Assembly (NCBI GenBank): GCA_963749655.1
Contig: CAVVOB010000030.1
Location: 160,001-224,000 of the forward strand
Direction: 5' to 3'
DNA from: Nitrospirota bacterium
GTDB lineage: Bacteria > Nitrospirota > UBA9217
DNA: 64,000 bases
A program made the translations under genes and the position numbers. Below the pieces are notes generated by a model. It was not told where the DNA came from. It did no database searches and saw only the letters and a program-made list of their open reading frames with translations. Positions 50,609 through 62,345 of the stretch are shown here, piece after piece (the stretch's first letter is position 1; each line of letters begins with the position of its first letter).

Positions 50609-51661
50609 ATGAGTGAGTCGAGAATAAGAGTGGCAATCGTGGGGTCGAGCGGATATACGGGCGGCGAGCTGTATCGGCTGCTGCTTCATCACGGCCGTGT
50701 CGCCGTCGCCGCAGTCACATCGGAAAAGTCCGCAGGCAAGCCGATAACGACGATATTTCCGCACCTCGCTGGTCTTACGGACCTGGTTTGCGAATCCCTT
50801 GATCCGGAAGTCATCGCCCGCAAAGCAGATGTTGTTTTTCTCGCCCTGCCTCATGTCACGGCACAGGAAGCCGCATTTCGCTTCCACCAAGCCGGAAAGA
50901 AGGTTGTGGATCTCTCCGCCGACTATCGAATCGCGGACCCGGCAGTGTACGAAAAGTGGTACGAGCATCGTCACCAGTACCCGGACCTTCTCAAAAGCGC
51001 CGTCTATGGGCTGCCCGAACTGCACCGGGCGAACATCAGGAAGGCCTCACTCATTGCAAATCCGGGATGTTACCCGACCAGCGCCATCTTAGGACTGGCG
51101 CCGCTTGTGGCCGGGTCGGTCATCGACAACTCGACGATCATCATCGACTCCAAATCAGGAGTGTCGGGTGCCGGTCGCAGCCCGTCGCTTGCCTTCCATT
51201 TTCCCGAGGCAAACGAAGGTCTGATGGCATACAAGATCGGTACTCACCGGCACACGCCTGAGATTGAGCAGGAACTTGCTGGACTCGCGGGGAAGCCGGT
51301 CACCGTTTCCTTCACGCCTCACCTGATCCCTATGAATCGGGGGATTCTGACAACGATCTATGCCGCTTTGACCGCGACAACCGATACAGGCATGTTGCAT
51401 GCCAGGTACCGTGAGTTTTATCGGAGCGAGCCGTTCGTCCGCGTGCTGCCTCTTGGACAGCTCCCGAATGTACGGAACGTGCAGGGCTCGAATTTTTGTG
51501 ATATCGGCGTTACGGTCGACTCCCGCACAAACCGCGCCGTGGTCGTATCGGCCATTGATAACCTCGTCAAGGGCGCCTCGGGACAGGCGATTCAAAATAT
51601 GAACCTGATGCTGGGGTTTGAGGAAACGGAAGGGCTTAAGTTCGCCGGTCTGTTTCCGTGA
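50609..51661 (+). CDS. argC: N-acetyl-gamma-glutamyl-phosphate reductase
   Basis: GSSGYTG, DLSADYR, ANPGCYPT, DNLVKGASGQA. Confidence 0.96.
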   Translation: MSESRIRVAIVGSSGYTGGELYRLLLHHGRVAVAAVTSEKSAGKPITTIFPHLAGLTDLVCESLDPEVIARKADVVFLALPHVTAQEAAFRFHQAGKKVVDLSADYRIADPAVYEKWYEHRHQYPDLLKSAVYGLPELHRANIRKASLIANPGCYPTSAILGLAPLVAGSVIDNSTIIIDSKSGVSGAGRSPSLAFHFPEANEGLMAYKIGTHRHTPEIEQELAGLAGKPVTVSFTPHLIPMNRGILTTIYAALTATTDTGMLHARYREFYRSEPFVRVLPLGQLPNVRNVQGSNFCDIGVTVDSRTNRAVVVSAIDNLVKGASGQAIQNMNLMLGFEETEGLKFAGLFP

Positions 51662-51745
51662 ACTGCGATGCCCAGGGTTTTTCCGCCAACCGCATTTTTC
51701 GGAAAGGCCTCGCAGCGATATCATACGTACAAACAGGGGTAGATC

Positions 51746-52951
51746 ATGAGAATTCTGGATGCAAAAAATTTCTCCATTCCCGGTTATAAAGTTTGGGGCA
51801 TCTCCTGCGGTATCAAGAAAGTCGAGAAAAAAGATCTGGCGATTATTTATTCTGACCGCGAGGCGGCCGTCGCCGGTGTATTCACAAAGAACAAGGTCAA
51901 GGCCGCCCCTGTTCTGCTGGACGCCGTGAAGGTAAAGTCCGGCAAAGGGCAGGTGATTATTGCAAACAGCGGCTGCGCCAATGCCTGTACGGGAAAACGC
52001 GGGCTTGCTGATGCACGGGCTACGGCGGAGATTGCAGCGCGCGAACTAGGGCTGAAACCCGACGCGGTGTATGTGGCTTCGACCGGCGTGATTGGCGAGT
52101 TCCTGCCGATGACAAAAGTACACAATGGCATCGCGACAGCCGTGGGTTTGTTGTCCTCCATGGGGTGGGAGCAGGCAGCAGAGGCCATCATGACAACTGA
52201 CATCTATCCGAAGCTTTCGATAGTCCAGGAGGAAATCAGCGGGAAAACCGTGACCGTCGCCGGCATCGCCAAGGGATCTGGCATGATTCATCCGAATATG
52301 GCAACCATGCTCTGTTTTATCGTTACCGACGCCGTAATATCGGCCCCTTTGCTCAAGAAGACGCTGGTGACCTCAGCAGAGAGATCATTTAACATGATCA
52401 CCGTCGACGGTGATATGAGCACGAATGACACCGTTCTGTGCATGGCGAACGGCGCCGCCGGTAATAGACGGATAGCCGCGGCCAGCAAGGAACATAAAAA
52501 ATTTCAGGCCTGCCTTGACGCGGTTGCGCGCTCGCTGGCCAAACAGGTTGTTCGGGACGGCGAAGGGGCCACAAAGTTTGTGGAAATTGAAGTGAGGAAC
52601 GCCAAAACCCCCGACGAAGCCAGGCGCGCAGGCGACACAGTAGCTAAGTCCAGTCTTGTCAAGACCGCCCTTTTCGGAGAGGACGCCAATTGGGGGAGAA
52701 TCATGGCCGCACTCGGGTACTCCGGAGTGGACATGGACGAGTCGCGAACCGACATTTATATCGGCAAAACGAAGCTCGTGGAAAAAGGGATAGGTGCAGG
52801 GAAGTCGGCGGAACGCGAAGCGTCCCTTGCACTTAAGCAGCGTGAGGTTCAGATCGTCATTGATCTCCACAAGGGCAAGGGAAGCGCAACAGTCTGGACC
52901 TGCGATCTTTCGTATGAATATGTCAAAATAAATGCTGCCTATCGCAGTTGA
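51746..52951 (+). CDS. argJ: Ornithine acetyltransferase
   Basis: NSGCANACTG, IMTTD, KGSGMIHPNMATML, DGEGATK. Confidence 0.96.
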   Translation: MRILDAKNFSIPGYKVWGISCGIKKVEKKDLAIIYSDREAAVAGVFTKNKVKAAPVLLDAVKVKSGKGQVIIANSGCANACTGKRGLADARATAEIAARELGLKPDAVYVASTGVIGEFLPMTKVHNGIATAVGLLSSMGWEQAAEAIMTTDIYPKLSIVQEEISGKTVTVAGIAKGSGMIHPNMATMLCFIVTDAVISAPLLKKTLVTSAERSFNMITVDGDMSTNDTVLCMANGAAGNRRIAAASKEHKKFQACLDAVARSLAKQVVRDGEGATKFVEIEVRNAKTPDEARRAGDTVAKSSLVKTALFGEDANWGRIMAALGYSGVDMDESRTDIYIGKTKLVEKGIGAGKSAEREASLALKQREVQIVIDLHKGKGSATVWTCDLSYEYVKINAAYRS

Positions 52952-53183
52952 TTTCTTCAGTGGGGTAAAGCCCCGTTTCACGAGTGTCCAGCTATGAAAC
53001 TAGCTGAAAATTCGAAGATAAATTTCCTTGACATTCGCCTATCAAGCTGTTAATTATAGTGATTACGTCTTATTGCTATTGGGCGATTCCGTCACTATCG
53101 CATTTTCCATCTATAAACATTGATTGATAAACAAGTAAATTATTTATTTTACAAAGACTTACCAGGAGGGGGGTGTAGCAAGA

Positions 53184-53384
53184 GTGCCGAGTATCAGATT
53201 GCGGGAGAACGAGCCCTTTGAGGCCGCACTCCGTAGGTTCAAAAAAAGCATAGAAAAAGAAGGCGTGCTCTCGGAGGTCAAAAAAAGGGAGCATTATGAA
53301 AAACCGAGCGTGAAGAAGAAGAAAAAGGCGTTGGCTGCTCGCAAGAAGGCAGCCAAGACCGCGCGGATGTACCGACATAATTAG
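53184..53384 (+). CDS. rpsU: 30S ribosomal protein S21
   Basis: ALRRFKK...REHYEKPS. Confidence 0.95.
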   Translation: MPSIRLRENEPFEAALRRFKKSIEKEGVLSEVKKREHYEKPSVKKKKKALAARKKAAKTARMYRHN

Positions 53385-53446
53385 CAGGTTCACTAGAGGT
53401 CTAACCGGGCTGTAGCGGCTACCACCAGCAGGAGTCAAGGGAGAGC

Positions 53447-53890
53447 ATGCAATTACGCGAGCAAATAGAGACTGATACAAAAAACGCCCTCAAGTCCGGA
53501 GCGAAAGATAAGGTGTCGACGCTGCGGATGCTGAATGCCGCCCTGAAAAACAAGCAGATCGAAAAGCGCCGGCCGCTCTCCGAGGAGGAAGTGGTCGAAA
53601 CCGTGCGGACCCTCATCAAACAGCGTAAAGATTCCATTGAACAGTTTGCTAAGGGAGGCAGGCAGGATCTCGTAGACAAGGAAAGCGCAGAAGTGATCGT
53701 GCTCGAAGTCTACCTGCCGCAGCAGTTGACCCGCGAAGAACTCGCCGGAATGGTGCAGACTGCTATCAACCAGACCGGCGCGCAGGGAGCAAAAGACATG
53801 GGCAAGGTTATGAAAGCGCTCATTCCCCTGGTGGGCGCCCGTGCTGACGGGAAGCTGATAAGTGAACTGGTAAAAAATGCGCTGGGATAA
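53447..53890 (+). CDS. GatB/YqeY domain protein
   Basis: KQRKDSIEQF..GGR.DL, YLPQQL, KDMGKVM. Confidence 0.92.
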   Translation: MQLREQIETDTKNALKSGAKDKVSTLRMLNAALKNKQIEKRRPLSEEEVVETVRTLIKQRKDSIEQFAKGGRQDLVDKESAEVIVLEVYLPQQLTREELAGMVQTAINQTGAQGAKDMGKVMKALIPLVGARADGKLISELVKNALG

Positions 53891-54177
53891 CGCTCAGATG
53901 TGCACGGCCGACGTGCCATTCTCTTACAACGGTGCTGAACAGGGGGCCGGGTAGACCGAGGCCCCCTGATTTTTTTTCTGACGTTTTGGACTGCCGACGC
54001 GTCAGCTTCTCTGCACCGCTTCGATGTCCCGGCTCTTTCTGCAACGAGATCAGCATGTGTGGTAGGGACCCTATTTAATTTTTCTGGCCGCGTGGTTGCG
54101 GTTTGTCCCGTAGGTCGCGGGGTTCTGTACCGGCCCCTTGTGTTTCGTGCCTACGCTGCTGCTTTCATAGTGCACAC

Positions 54178-56577
54178 ATGATTGAGACGTATGTAATGAA
54201 TGAGCACACCCTCCGCATTCTGGAATTCGACAAGGTTCTTGATATCATTTCCGGGTATGCCGCGTCGGATGCAGGCAAGGATTTCGTCCGAACAGTGATT
54301 CCCATCTCCGACCGGCAGACCGTAGAGCTTCGGCTCAGGGAGACGGCGGAGTTCATCGGGATTTTGGAGAGGGGAGACCCCCCCCCCTTCGATGGGATCT
54401 TTGATATACGTCGTGCTCTCGAAAAACTTTCCGTCGCAGGAAGCATGTTCTATCCGGACGAGCTCCTGCAGACGGCGGCAACACTTCGCGCCGGAAGGCG
54501 AATAAATCAGTTCTTCCGGAAGATGGAAGGCCGGGGAAGTGATTTTTCGCCGGAGGCCAGCCTGTTGTGTTCCCGCGCTGCTTCCATCACGCCGCTCAAG
54601 CACCTCGAGGATGCGGTATTTTCCGCAATCGATGAGCGGTCCGAGGTCAGAGATTCGGCGAGCCCGGAGCTTAAGAGAATCCGGAAGCTGATAGCACGAA
54701 TGAGGGATGAAGTTCTCGACCGACTGTCCCGCATCCTGCAGAACAGCGCGTTTCACAAAGTTATACAGGAACCGGTCGTTACCGTCCGCGAGGACCGATA
54801 TGTCCTTCCTCTTAAGCCAAACTTCAGGCAGAGCTTGAACGGCGTCGTGCACGGCCAATCGGGGTCACGGGCGACGCTTTTTGTAGAGCCCCTCGATGTT
54901 CTGGAACAAAACAACCGGCTGGCAGAACTCCGGATGGAGGAGCGGGAAGAAGTTGATCGGATCCTTCGAGAGCTTACTGCGCGTTTGGCCGGAGAAGCGG
55001 ACGCGATTCAGGGCACGGTCGACGCCCTTGCCGCGCTCGATGCAATTTGCGCCCGTGCACGGTTCGGTGTAGATTGCAGGGGTACTATTCCGGAGATTTC
55101 TCCGGAAAGAACCATCCGGCTGCGCAGGGCGTGTCATCCGCTGTTGATTTGGAAACAGAAGACAACGGGAGGTGCTCCCGTTACGCCGAATGATCTGGAA
55201 CTGGGGCTCAACGAACATGCAGTGATTCTCAGCGGTCCGAACGCCGGCGGCAAGACCGTGGTCCTTAAAATGATCGGTCTGCTCTCGCTCATGGCGCAGG
55301 CAGGATTGCCAGTGACTGCCGGCAGCGGGAGCGTACTTCCGTGTTTTAGATCAATCTTCGCTGATATCGGGGATGAGCAGAGTCTTGAGCAGGATCTGAG
55401 CACGTTTTCTTCCCACATGGCTCAGGTAGCAGCCATTCTTCAGCAGGCAGGCAAGGACTCGCTGGTTCTGCTTGATGAGCTGGGTTCGGGCACCGACCCG
55501 GGAGAAGGAGCGGGACTTGGCGCCGCGATCCTCGGAAGTCTGATCGATATCGGGAGCGTGACGATCGTCACGACGCACCACAATGCGCTCAAGCTTTTCG
55601 GTTCCCAGACGGCCGGTGCGGTGAATGCGGCTATGGATTTCGATCCGCAAACGTTGAAACCAACGTATCGGCTGCTGCCCGGCAGGCCCGGCAGAAGCTA
55701 CGGGCTGGACATGGCGGCCAGGATCGGCGTGCCCGAGCCGGTCATCCGCAAGGCGCGTGAACTGATTGGCAAGGAAGACGCGACGCTGGAGAATCTCCTC
55801 AGGAAGGTCGAGGACGAATCGCGGGCGCTGGCAGCGGAACGGGAATCGCTGGAGCGGGAGCTTGCTGCAGCAAAGCAGCAGAGGAGCACGGCGGAGGAAT
55901 CGGTCCAGGCAGCCTTGAAGGATGCACGTGAAATCCAGGCAAAAGCCAGGATTGAAGCAAAGGAAATTCTATCATCGCTCCGGCAAAAGCTTCGCGAATT
56001 ATCCCAGGTCACGGCGTCGGACCGGGAAATGATCAAGATTGCGGCAGTGGAAGTGGAAACAGTCGGCCGACAACTTGCTGCTGCACGGGTTACGGCCGAC
56101 GGTTATGGTCGGACATCTCACGATCTACATCCCGGCGACCGAATTCGCATACCGCGCTTGAATAGAACTGCAACCGTGCTTGCTTCCCAGTCGGGCCGTA
56201 TCGAACTGGATATAGGCGGGAAGAAAATCAAGATCGCGGAAGAGGAAATATTCCCGTTCGAGCAGATGCAGCACCAGCGGGAAAGAGTTGCGGCGCCCGG
56301 GTGGGGCGCTGAGCTGCAGGAGCGAGAAAGCGCGCCAGACCGGCTGAATATCATCGGGCTTCGCGTGGCAGAAGGCCTTGCCGAGCTCGAGCGTTTTCTG
56401 GACCATGCAGCTATGAGCGGCCTGTCGATCGTTACTGTCATTCACGGGCTCGGGACCGGGGCGCTCAAGCAGGCAGTGACGGAATATCTTAAGAACCATC
56501 CTCTGGTTTCTGCCCTACGGAACGGGGGGCCGGCCGAAGGCGGAGCAGGGGTGACCGTGGCGGAGCTGAAAAAATAA
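54178..56577 (+). CDS. mutS2: Endonuclease MutS2
   Basis: LEFDKV, GPNAGGKT, DIGDEQS...LSTFSSH, DELGSGTDP, C-terminal Smr (IHGLGTGAL). Confidence 0.95.
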   Translation: MIETYVMNEHTLRILEFDKVLDIISGYAASDAGKDFVRTVIPISDRQTVELRLRETAEFIGILERGDPPPFDGIFDIRRALEKLSVAGSMFYPDELLQTAATLRAGRRINQFFRKMEGRGSDFSPEASLLCSRAASITPLKHLEDAVFSAIDERSEVRDSASPELKRIRKLIARMRDEVLDRLSRILQNSAFHKVIQEPVVTVREDRYVLPLKPNFRQSLNGVVHGQSGSRATLFVEPLDVLEQNNRLAELRMEEREEVDRILRELTARLAGEADAIQGTVDALAALDAICARARFGVDCRGTIPEISPERTIRLRRACHPLLIWKQKTTGGAPVTPNDLELGLNEHAVILSGPNAGGKTVVLKMIGLLSLMAQAGLPVTAGSGSVLPCFRSIFADIGDEQSLEQDLSTFSSHMAQVAAILQQAGKDSLVLLDELGSGTDPGEGAGLGAAILGSLIDIGSVTIVTTHHNALKLFGSQTAGAVNAAMDFDPQTLKPTYRLLPGRPGRSYGLDMAARIGVPEPVIRKARELIGKEDATLENLLRKVEDESRALAAERESLERELAAAKQQRSTAEESVQAALKDAREIQAKARIEAKEILSSLRQKLRELSQVTASDREMIKIAAVEVETVGRQLAAARVTADGYGRTSHDLHPGDRIRIPRLNRTATVLASQSGRIELDIGGKKIKIAEEEIFPFEQMQHQRERVAAPGWGAELQERESAPDRLNIIGLRVAEGLAELERFLDHAAMSGLSIVTVIHGLGTGALKQAVTEYLKNHPLVSALRNGGPAEGGAGVTVAELKK

Positions 56578-56578
56578 C

Positions 56579-58368
56579 GTGTTCTCAGACGACACCATAA
56601 GCCGGGTCAGAGACAGTGTCGACATTGTTGATCTCGTCTCCGGGTATGTTTCGCTGAAAAAAACGGGAAAGAACTGGCAGGGACTTTGTCCCTTCCACTC
56701 GGAAAAAACACCGTCCTTCAACGTGAACCCGGAAAAACAAATCTTTCACTGTTTCGGGTGCGGAGCCGGTGGAGATGCATTCAAATTCGTCGAGCTTCAG
56801 GAAGGGTTGAACTTTCCCGAAGCAATCCGGAAGCTGGCCTCGCGGGCAGGTATTCAGCTGCCGCAGGACATGCAGGGGAGCAGACAGGACGCTCAATCGC
56901 AGAATGAACGTGCGGCGCTTTTAGCCGTAGTCGCAGCCGCCGCTGCGTATTTTTCCGGCGAGCTCGACGGCGGCGCCGGCGGCGCAGCCCGGGCCTATCT
57001 TAAAAAACGGGGCGTGAGCGACCAGATGACCCGGGATTTCGGGCTTGGTTATGCCAGACCCGAGTGGGACGGCCTGTTCAAGCATTTAAAGCAGAAGGGT
57101 TACTCCCCCGGCCGGATGGAAAAGGCCGGACTGATCGTCAAGCGAAGCGAGGGCGACGGTCATTATGACCGGTTCCGGGGCAGGATCATTTTTCCGATCA
57201 GGGACATTTCTGGCAATGTCATCGCCTTCGGCGGCAGGGTCATGGATGACTCATTGCCGAAATACCTGAACTCGCCCGAAACACCGCTGTACAGCAAAAG
57301 CAATGTGCTGTATTGTTTTGACCGGGCAAAGGAACAGGCCCGCAAACTCGGGTATTTCGTCATTGTCGAGGGCTATCTGGACGCACTTGCCTGCCATCAG
57401 TATGGGGCAAGAAATGCAGTGGCGACGCTGGGCACGGCGCTGACAGAGGGGCACGTGAGGTTGATGCGCCGTTTTGCGCACAATATCGTGCTCATCTTCG
57501 ATCCTGATCCGGCGGGGGTGAAGGCGACCCTGCGGGGCATCGACCTTTTCGCATCGAGCGGGATGAAGGTGAATGTAGTTTCGCTTCCTGACGGCGATGA
57601 CCCTGATACGTTTCTGAGCAAGAACGGCTACGAGGCTTTTGCCGCGTGCCTTAAAAAATCCGTCAAGTTCATGGATTTCGTGCTGGGCCACATTGTGGCG
57701 GGCAGTACGGCTTTTTCGATCGATGAAAAGGTGGAGCGTGCCGGAGAAATGCTCGGCATTATTGCCAAACTGCCGAGCGGCATCGAACGTGATCACTACC
57801 TGAAGAAAACCGCAGAGGCCCTGGACCTCGATGAATCTGTCCTGAGACAGGAGATGCCGCAGGGCGTGAAACGGACGGCAACCGCAGAAACGGGACAGGC
57901 CGCGTCCCGGCCGAAGCATACCCACCGGCCCCGGGCCGAGGAGATCCTGATTCACCTGATGCTGAAGGACGATGGAATCCTGCGAAGGCTGGCGGAGCAG
58001 ATAAAGCCGCAAGATTTCACCGATCCCCTGTACCGGCGGGCAGTTGAGAGAATTTTTGAGGTCCTGCGGACAAAAGGCTCAGTCGATCCTCTTGCACTCC
58101 ACCTACGGGGGATGAGGAGCTGAATGCATTAGTGTCTCATTACACTGTTCTCGACATGGTGCATCTTGATCCGGATAAATCCTGCCAGGACTGTGTCGAT
58201 ATCATCAAGCAGCAAGACCCGGAAAAGAAGATGAAGCTGTTGGCTAAAGCCATTCAGGAGGCGGAGGCGCAAGGCGACGCGGGGGTGCTGGCGCGGCTCA
58301 TGGATGAGCAGAATGAGCTGAGTAAGAGACCGGACAGGAAGCTCGGGAAACGGGTCCCGGGAATGTAG
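56579..58368 (+). CDS. dnaG: DNA primase; frameshift near 58100
   Basis: CPFHSEKTPSF, CFGC, KYLNSPET, EGYLD. The C-terminus continues in ORF 58132-58368. Confidence 0.95.
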
Positions 58369-58459
58369 GGTATCGGGAGACCGACCGGGAAACCGGTCAG
58401 GCACAGACTTGTGATGGCGGGGACAGAACAACGCACATCACCAAAAGGAGCACCAGGGT

Positions 58460-60263
58460 ATGTCGAAGAAGGGCAAGGCAGACGGCTCGAAAAAGACGGG
58501 CCCGGCGGGCAAGGAGAGGAACTACGTTCCGTTCGAAGAGCAGAGCGATGCGCTCCCGCATGAAGACGTTTCTTCGGAACAGCTCGACAGCATTATCTCA
58601 CTGTTCGGCGATGGTGAAATGGATCTGGACATCACGGACTCCCGACACGACGGCAAGGTCCGTGCATCCGGTGAAGACGAGCTCGAGGAAGGCGCCGAGC
58701 CTGAAGAGGTTGGCCTTGACGAAACAGCCGAAGAGGAGATCGAGGAAGAGGACGTGGAGGTCGGCGTCGGCAAGACCGATGACCCCGTTCGTCTCTATCT
58801 GAAAGAAATGGGCACAGTGCCGCTCCTGTCCAAGGAAGGCGAGGTGTCCATCGCGAAACGGATCGAGGAGGGGAAACGCGATGCGGCCCAGGTCCTCTAC
58901 AGTCTTCCGTTTTCGCTCCGGGACGTACGCAACCTCGGAGACAAGCTGAAGAAAGGCAAGATCAGCATCCATGAAGTGGTCCATGCCGGCGACGATGATT
59001 TTGAGGACCTTCAGACCCAGAACGAAGAGGAGCTGCAGGCCCGGGTGCTCAAGCTGATCAGCGAGATCGATCGGCACAGCAAGGAAATCAACACCCTTTC
59101 GACGCATGTCAACAGCAGCAGGACCAGCGAGGCCAGAAAAAAAACGCTGCGGGAAAAGCTGCAGACGACGCGATATGCCCTCTTTGACAAGCTCGAAGCG
59201 CTGAACATTCACTGCCGCCAGACGGACCGTCTGGTGATGAAGCTCAGGGAGATGGTGAGCGAAGTGTTGTTGTCCGAGCGCGAGATCCACGGGCTGGAGC
59301 GCAAAACCGGCCTTGCACTCTCCGAGATAAAAGACGTATTTAAAAAAATGCGTCTCGGCGAGCGCGAACTCAAGAACGCCGCACGCAGGCTCGAAATGAA
59401 GCCGGAGGCGCTTCTCGGACTTGAGAAGACCTACCGAAACGCGATCAAACGCGTAAAAAAAATCGAGATGGATTGCGGAGTCGCGGCAGAAGACCTCAAG
59501 AAGACGCTCCGCGCCTACGAGCGGTCCGAGGAACGGGCCAAGGTCGCCAAGAGCGAACTGGTGGAAGCCAACCTGAGGCTGGTCGTATCCATCGCCAAGA
59601 AATATACAAACCGAGGCTTGCAGTTCCTCGATCTGATCCAGGAAGGCAACATCGGCCTCATGAAGGCCGTTGACAAGTTTGAGTGGCAGCGCGGCTACAA
59701 GTTCAGCACCTATGCCACGTGGTGGATCCGTCAGGCCATCACGCGGGCCATAGCAGACCAGGCGCGAACGATCCGGATCCCCGTGCACATGATCGAAACG
59801 ATGAACAAGCTCATCAGGACGTCGCGCGGTCTCGTACAGGATCTCGGCCGCGAACCCACAACCGAGGAAATCGCCGCGTCCATGAAGCTGCCGGTCGAGA
59901 AGGTCCGCAAGATCATGAAGATCGCGAAAGAGCCCATTTCTCTTGAAACGCCGATCGGCGAGGAAGAGGACAGTCATCTGGGCGATTTCATCGAGGACAA
60001 AAAGGTGGCGTCGCCGCTCGAATCGGCCATCCGCAAGAACCTCCATCAGCAGGTTCAGGAAGGTGCTGAATACGCTGACCGAGCGCGAGGAAAAGGTGCT
60101 GCGCTGGCGCTTTGGTATCGGCGAGCACACGGACCATACCCTGGAGGAAGTCGGCCAGGAATTTGATGTCACGCGCGAACGCATCCGGCAGATCGAGGCA
60201 AAGGCGTTGAGGAAACTGCGCCACCCGAGCCGGAGCAAACAGCTTAAGAGCTTCATGGAGTAA
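58460..60263 (+). CDS. rpoD: RNA polymerase sigma factor RpoD; frameshift near 60060
   Basis: [32 protein letters not shown]. Region 4 ([16 protein letters not shown]) is in the ORF 59943-60263 frame. Confidence 0.96.
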
Positions 60264-60462
60264 GTACGGTCATCCGTGCAGCGGCAATTCCTTGACATTT
60301 TGCAGATGGTGTGCGATTATAGGCCCCTGCGGAAACGCAGCGGCTGGGTGCATGGCGGACGCAACAGATACGAATTACGAACAATAAATGACAGCGGGCA
60401 GGCTCGTGCAAGGCCGCGTTCGGCCATTTACAGAAAATCGGCATTCGGAAACTGCAGCAGCA

Positions 60463-60538
60463 GGGCCCATAGCTCAGTTGGTAGAGCTACCGGCTCATAA
60501 CCGGTTGGTCCCAGGTTCGAGCCCTGGTGGGCCCACCA
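60463..60538 (+). tRNA. tRNA with CAT anticodon, probably tRNA-Ile2 (lysidine)
   Basis: GGGCCCA...TGGGCCCACCA acceptor stem, ACCGG-CTCATAA-CCGGT anticodon arm, GGTTCGA T-loop. Located after rpoD. Confidence 0.93.
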
Positions 60539-60643
60539 ATTTGGACAGGAGTGGAGAATGCGGAATACAAAATATTTTTATAACGTGAAAAAGTCATTTG
60601 AGAAATGCGCCGCGAGGCGCATTTTTCATTTTGTGGAGGAGTA

Positions 60644-61363
60644 ATGGATCGACAGCTCAACCTGCTCATTCAGCTTCAGGAAATTGATGGAAAGATTCGG
60701 AGCCTCACGGACCAGAAAAAACGCCTGCCCGAGTTCCTCGCCGATATCGAACGGAGGCGAGAGCTGAACAAAGCGGACTTGGAGAAGGCAAAGGAAGCTC
60801 TCCAGGCCGCGCAGAAGAACAAGCGCGACCGGGACGCGGATCTTGAGGTCGGGGTGCAGAAGGTCGAAAAGCAGAAAGCGCACTCCTCAGAGATCAAGAA
60901 CAATAAAGAGTACCAGGCCCTGCTCAAAGAGATTGAGACCAGCGAGCAGGAGAACAAAAAGATCGAGGACGAGATCCTCGTGCTTATGGAAAAGATCGAC
61001 GCCGCAGCCGCCGGGATCACAGCGGCCGAACAGCGTACCCGCGATGAAGAGGTGGCGTTCCAGTCCGAACAGAAACAGCACGAAGCTGACTTCGCAAAGC
61101 TCGAACAGGAACTGAAAATCGTCGAACAGGGCAAAAAGGAAGTGGTCGCCCTCATTCAGCCGGCGGTCCTCCACCAGTACCGGAATCTCCTTAATACCAA
61201 GGGAGGCATCGCCATTGCCGAGGCGCGCGGGGAATCCTGTTCGGGTTGCTATATGAGCATTCCCCCCCAGGTGTTCGTCAATGTCAAAAAGAACGAAAGC
61301 ATCATCACCTGTCCCAACTGCCATCGGATCCTTTACTTCAAGGAAGCGATCGCGTCAAAATAG
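60644..61363 (+). CDS. Coiled-coil protein with C4 zinc ribbon (DUF164/CT398-like)
   Basis: LIQLQEID, long coiled coil, CSGC...CPNC.RIL. Confidence 0.9.
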   Translation: MDRQLNLLIQLQEIDGKIRSLTDQKKRLPEFLADIERRRELNKADLEKAKEALQAAQKNKRDRDADLEVGVQKVEKQKAHSSEIKNNKEYQALLKEIETSEQENKKIEDEILVLMEKIDAAAAGITAAEQRTRDEEVAFQSEQKQHEADFAKLEQELKIVEQGKKEVVALIQPAVLHQYRNLLNTKGGIAIAEARGESCSGCYMSIPPQVFVNVKKNESIITCPNCHRILYFKEAIASK

Positions 61364-61392
61364 TTGCTGATCGATCGAACGAAAGGGAAGCT

Positions 61393-61794
61393 GTGGAATA
61401 CACCATTTTTTCAGACGGCGCGTCGCGAAACAACCCGGGGGAGGCAGGCGCGGGGGTCTACATTCTCCAGGACGGAAAACCGGTCGGCCAGATATCACGC
61501 TACCTGGGCAAGACCACAAATAACATCGCCGAATACACTGCCGCTATCATCGGCTTCGAACAGGTTTTGAAACTGGGAGCAACGAAGGTCAGGTTTTTTG
61601 CCGATTCCGAGCTGCTCGTGAAGCAGCTGAACGGCCAGTACAAGGTTAAAAACGAAGGCCTGAAGCCGCTCCATGCCAGGATCAAAGAGCTGATTGCGAA
61701 GATCGGCGCCGTCGAGGTACAATACATACCACGGGAGAGGAACAAGGAAGCGGACGCCCTGGCGAACAAGGCGATTGATGAAAAAATAATGTAA
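61393..61794 (+). CDS. rnhA: Ribonuclease HI family protein
   Basis: DGASRNNPGEAG, TNNIAEY, DSELLVKQ, N..ADALAN. Confidence 0.9.
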   Translation: MEYTIFSDGASRNNPGEAGAGVYILQDGKPVGQISRYLGKTTNNIAEYTAAIIGFEQVLKLGATKVRFFADSELLVKQLNGQYKVKNEGLKPLHARIKELIAKIGAVEVQYIPRERNKEADALANKAIDEKIM

Positions 61795-61902
61795 GGAGAC
61801 AGAATGCAGAAATCAGTAGTCAAAAGAGGACGACTTTCTTAGGATGCGTTCTTCCTCTACTGAATTCTGGCTTTCTGTCTTCTGTCAGCTGTTCTTTGAA
61901 TT

Positions 61903-62271
61903 CAGAGCGGGTGAGGTGATCGCTCTCCGGCAACGGGGGGAGGAAAGTCCGAGCTCCGCAGGGCAAGGCGGTCCCGAAACGGGACAGGGGGCGACCCCAT
62001 GGACAGTGCCACAGAAAAGAAGACCGCCCCGCACAGGGGTAAGGGTGAAACGGTGGGGTAAGAGCCCACCAGGCTCCCGGGCGACCGGGAGTGCTTGGAA
62101 AACCCCGCCTGGAGCAAGACCACATAGGGAAGCGTCCTCCGCAAGGAGGTAAGGACGGCCCGTCCGAGACTTCCGGGTAGGTCGCTCGTGCCGATGGGCA
62201 ACCATCGGCCCAGACAAATGATCATCACCCTGAGCGATCAGGGAACAGAACTCGGCTTACGACCCGCTCTG
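61903..62271 (+). ncRNA. rnpB: RNase P RNA (type A)
   Basis: GAGGAAAGTCC, AGTGCCACAGAAA, GGGTGAAACGG.GGTAAGAG, ACAGAA.TCGGCTTA. Terminal CAGAGCGGGT/ACCCGCTCTG helix. Confidence 0.97.
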
Positions 62272-62345
62272 ATCTTTTTATAAAATCGCTCAACCATGGT
62301 CCCATTGCGCCGCCTCACTCCCGTGAGGAAGCTTCAGGTGTATCC

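Noticed and set aside
60040-60080. Programmed frameshift in rpoD (and in dnaG near 58100)
   Set aside because: No slippery heptamer or stimulator seen, and many similar indels occur across the window.
58598-60298. Long antisense ORFs (also 9573-11060, 38889-40181, 5014-6312)
   Set aside because: Shadow ORFs opposite well-supported genes, expected in high-GC DNA.
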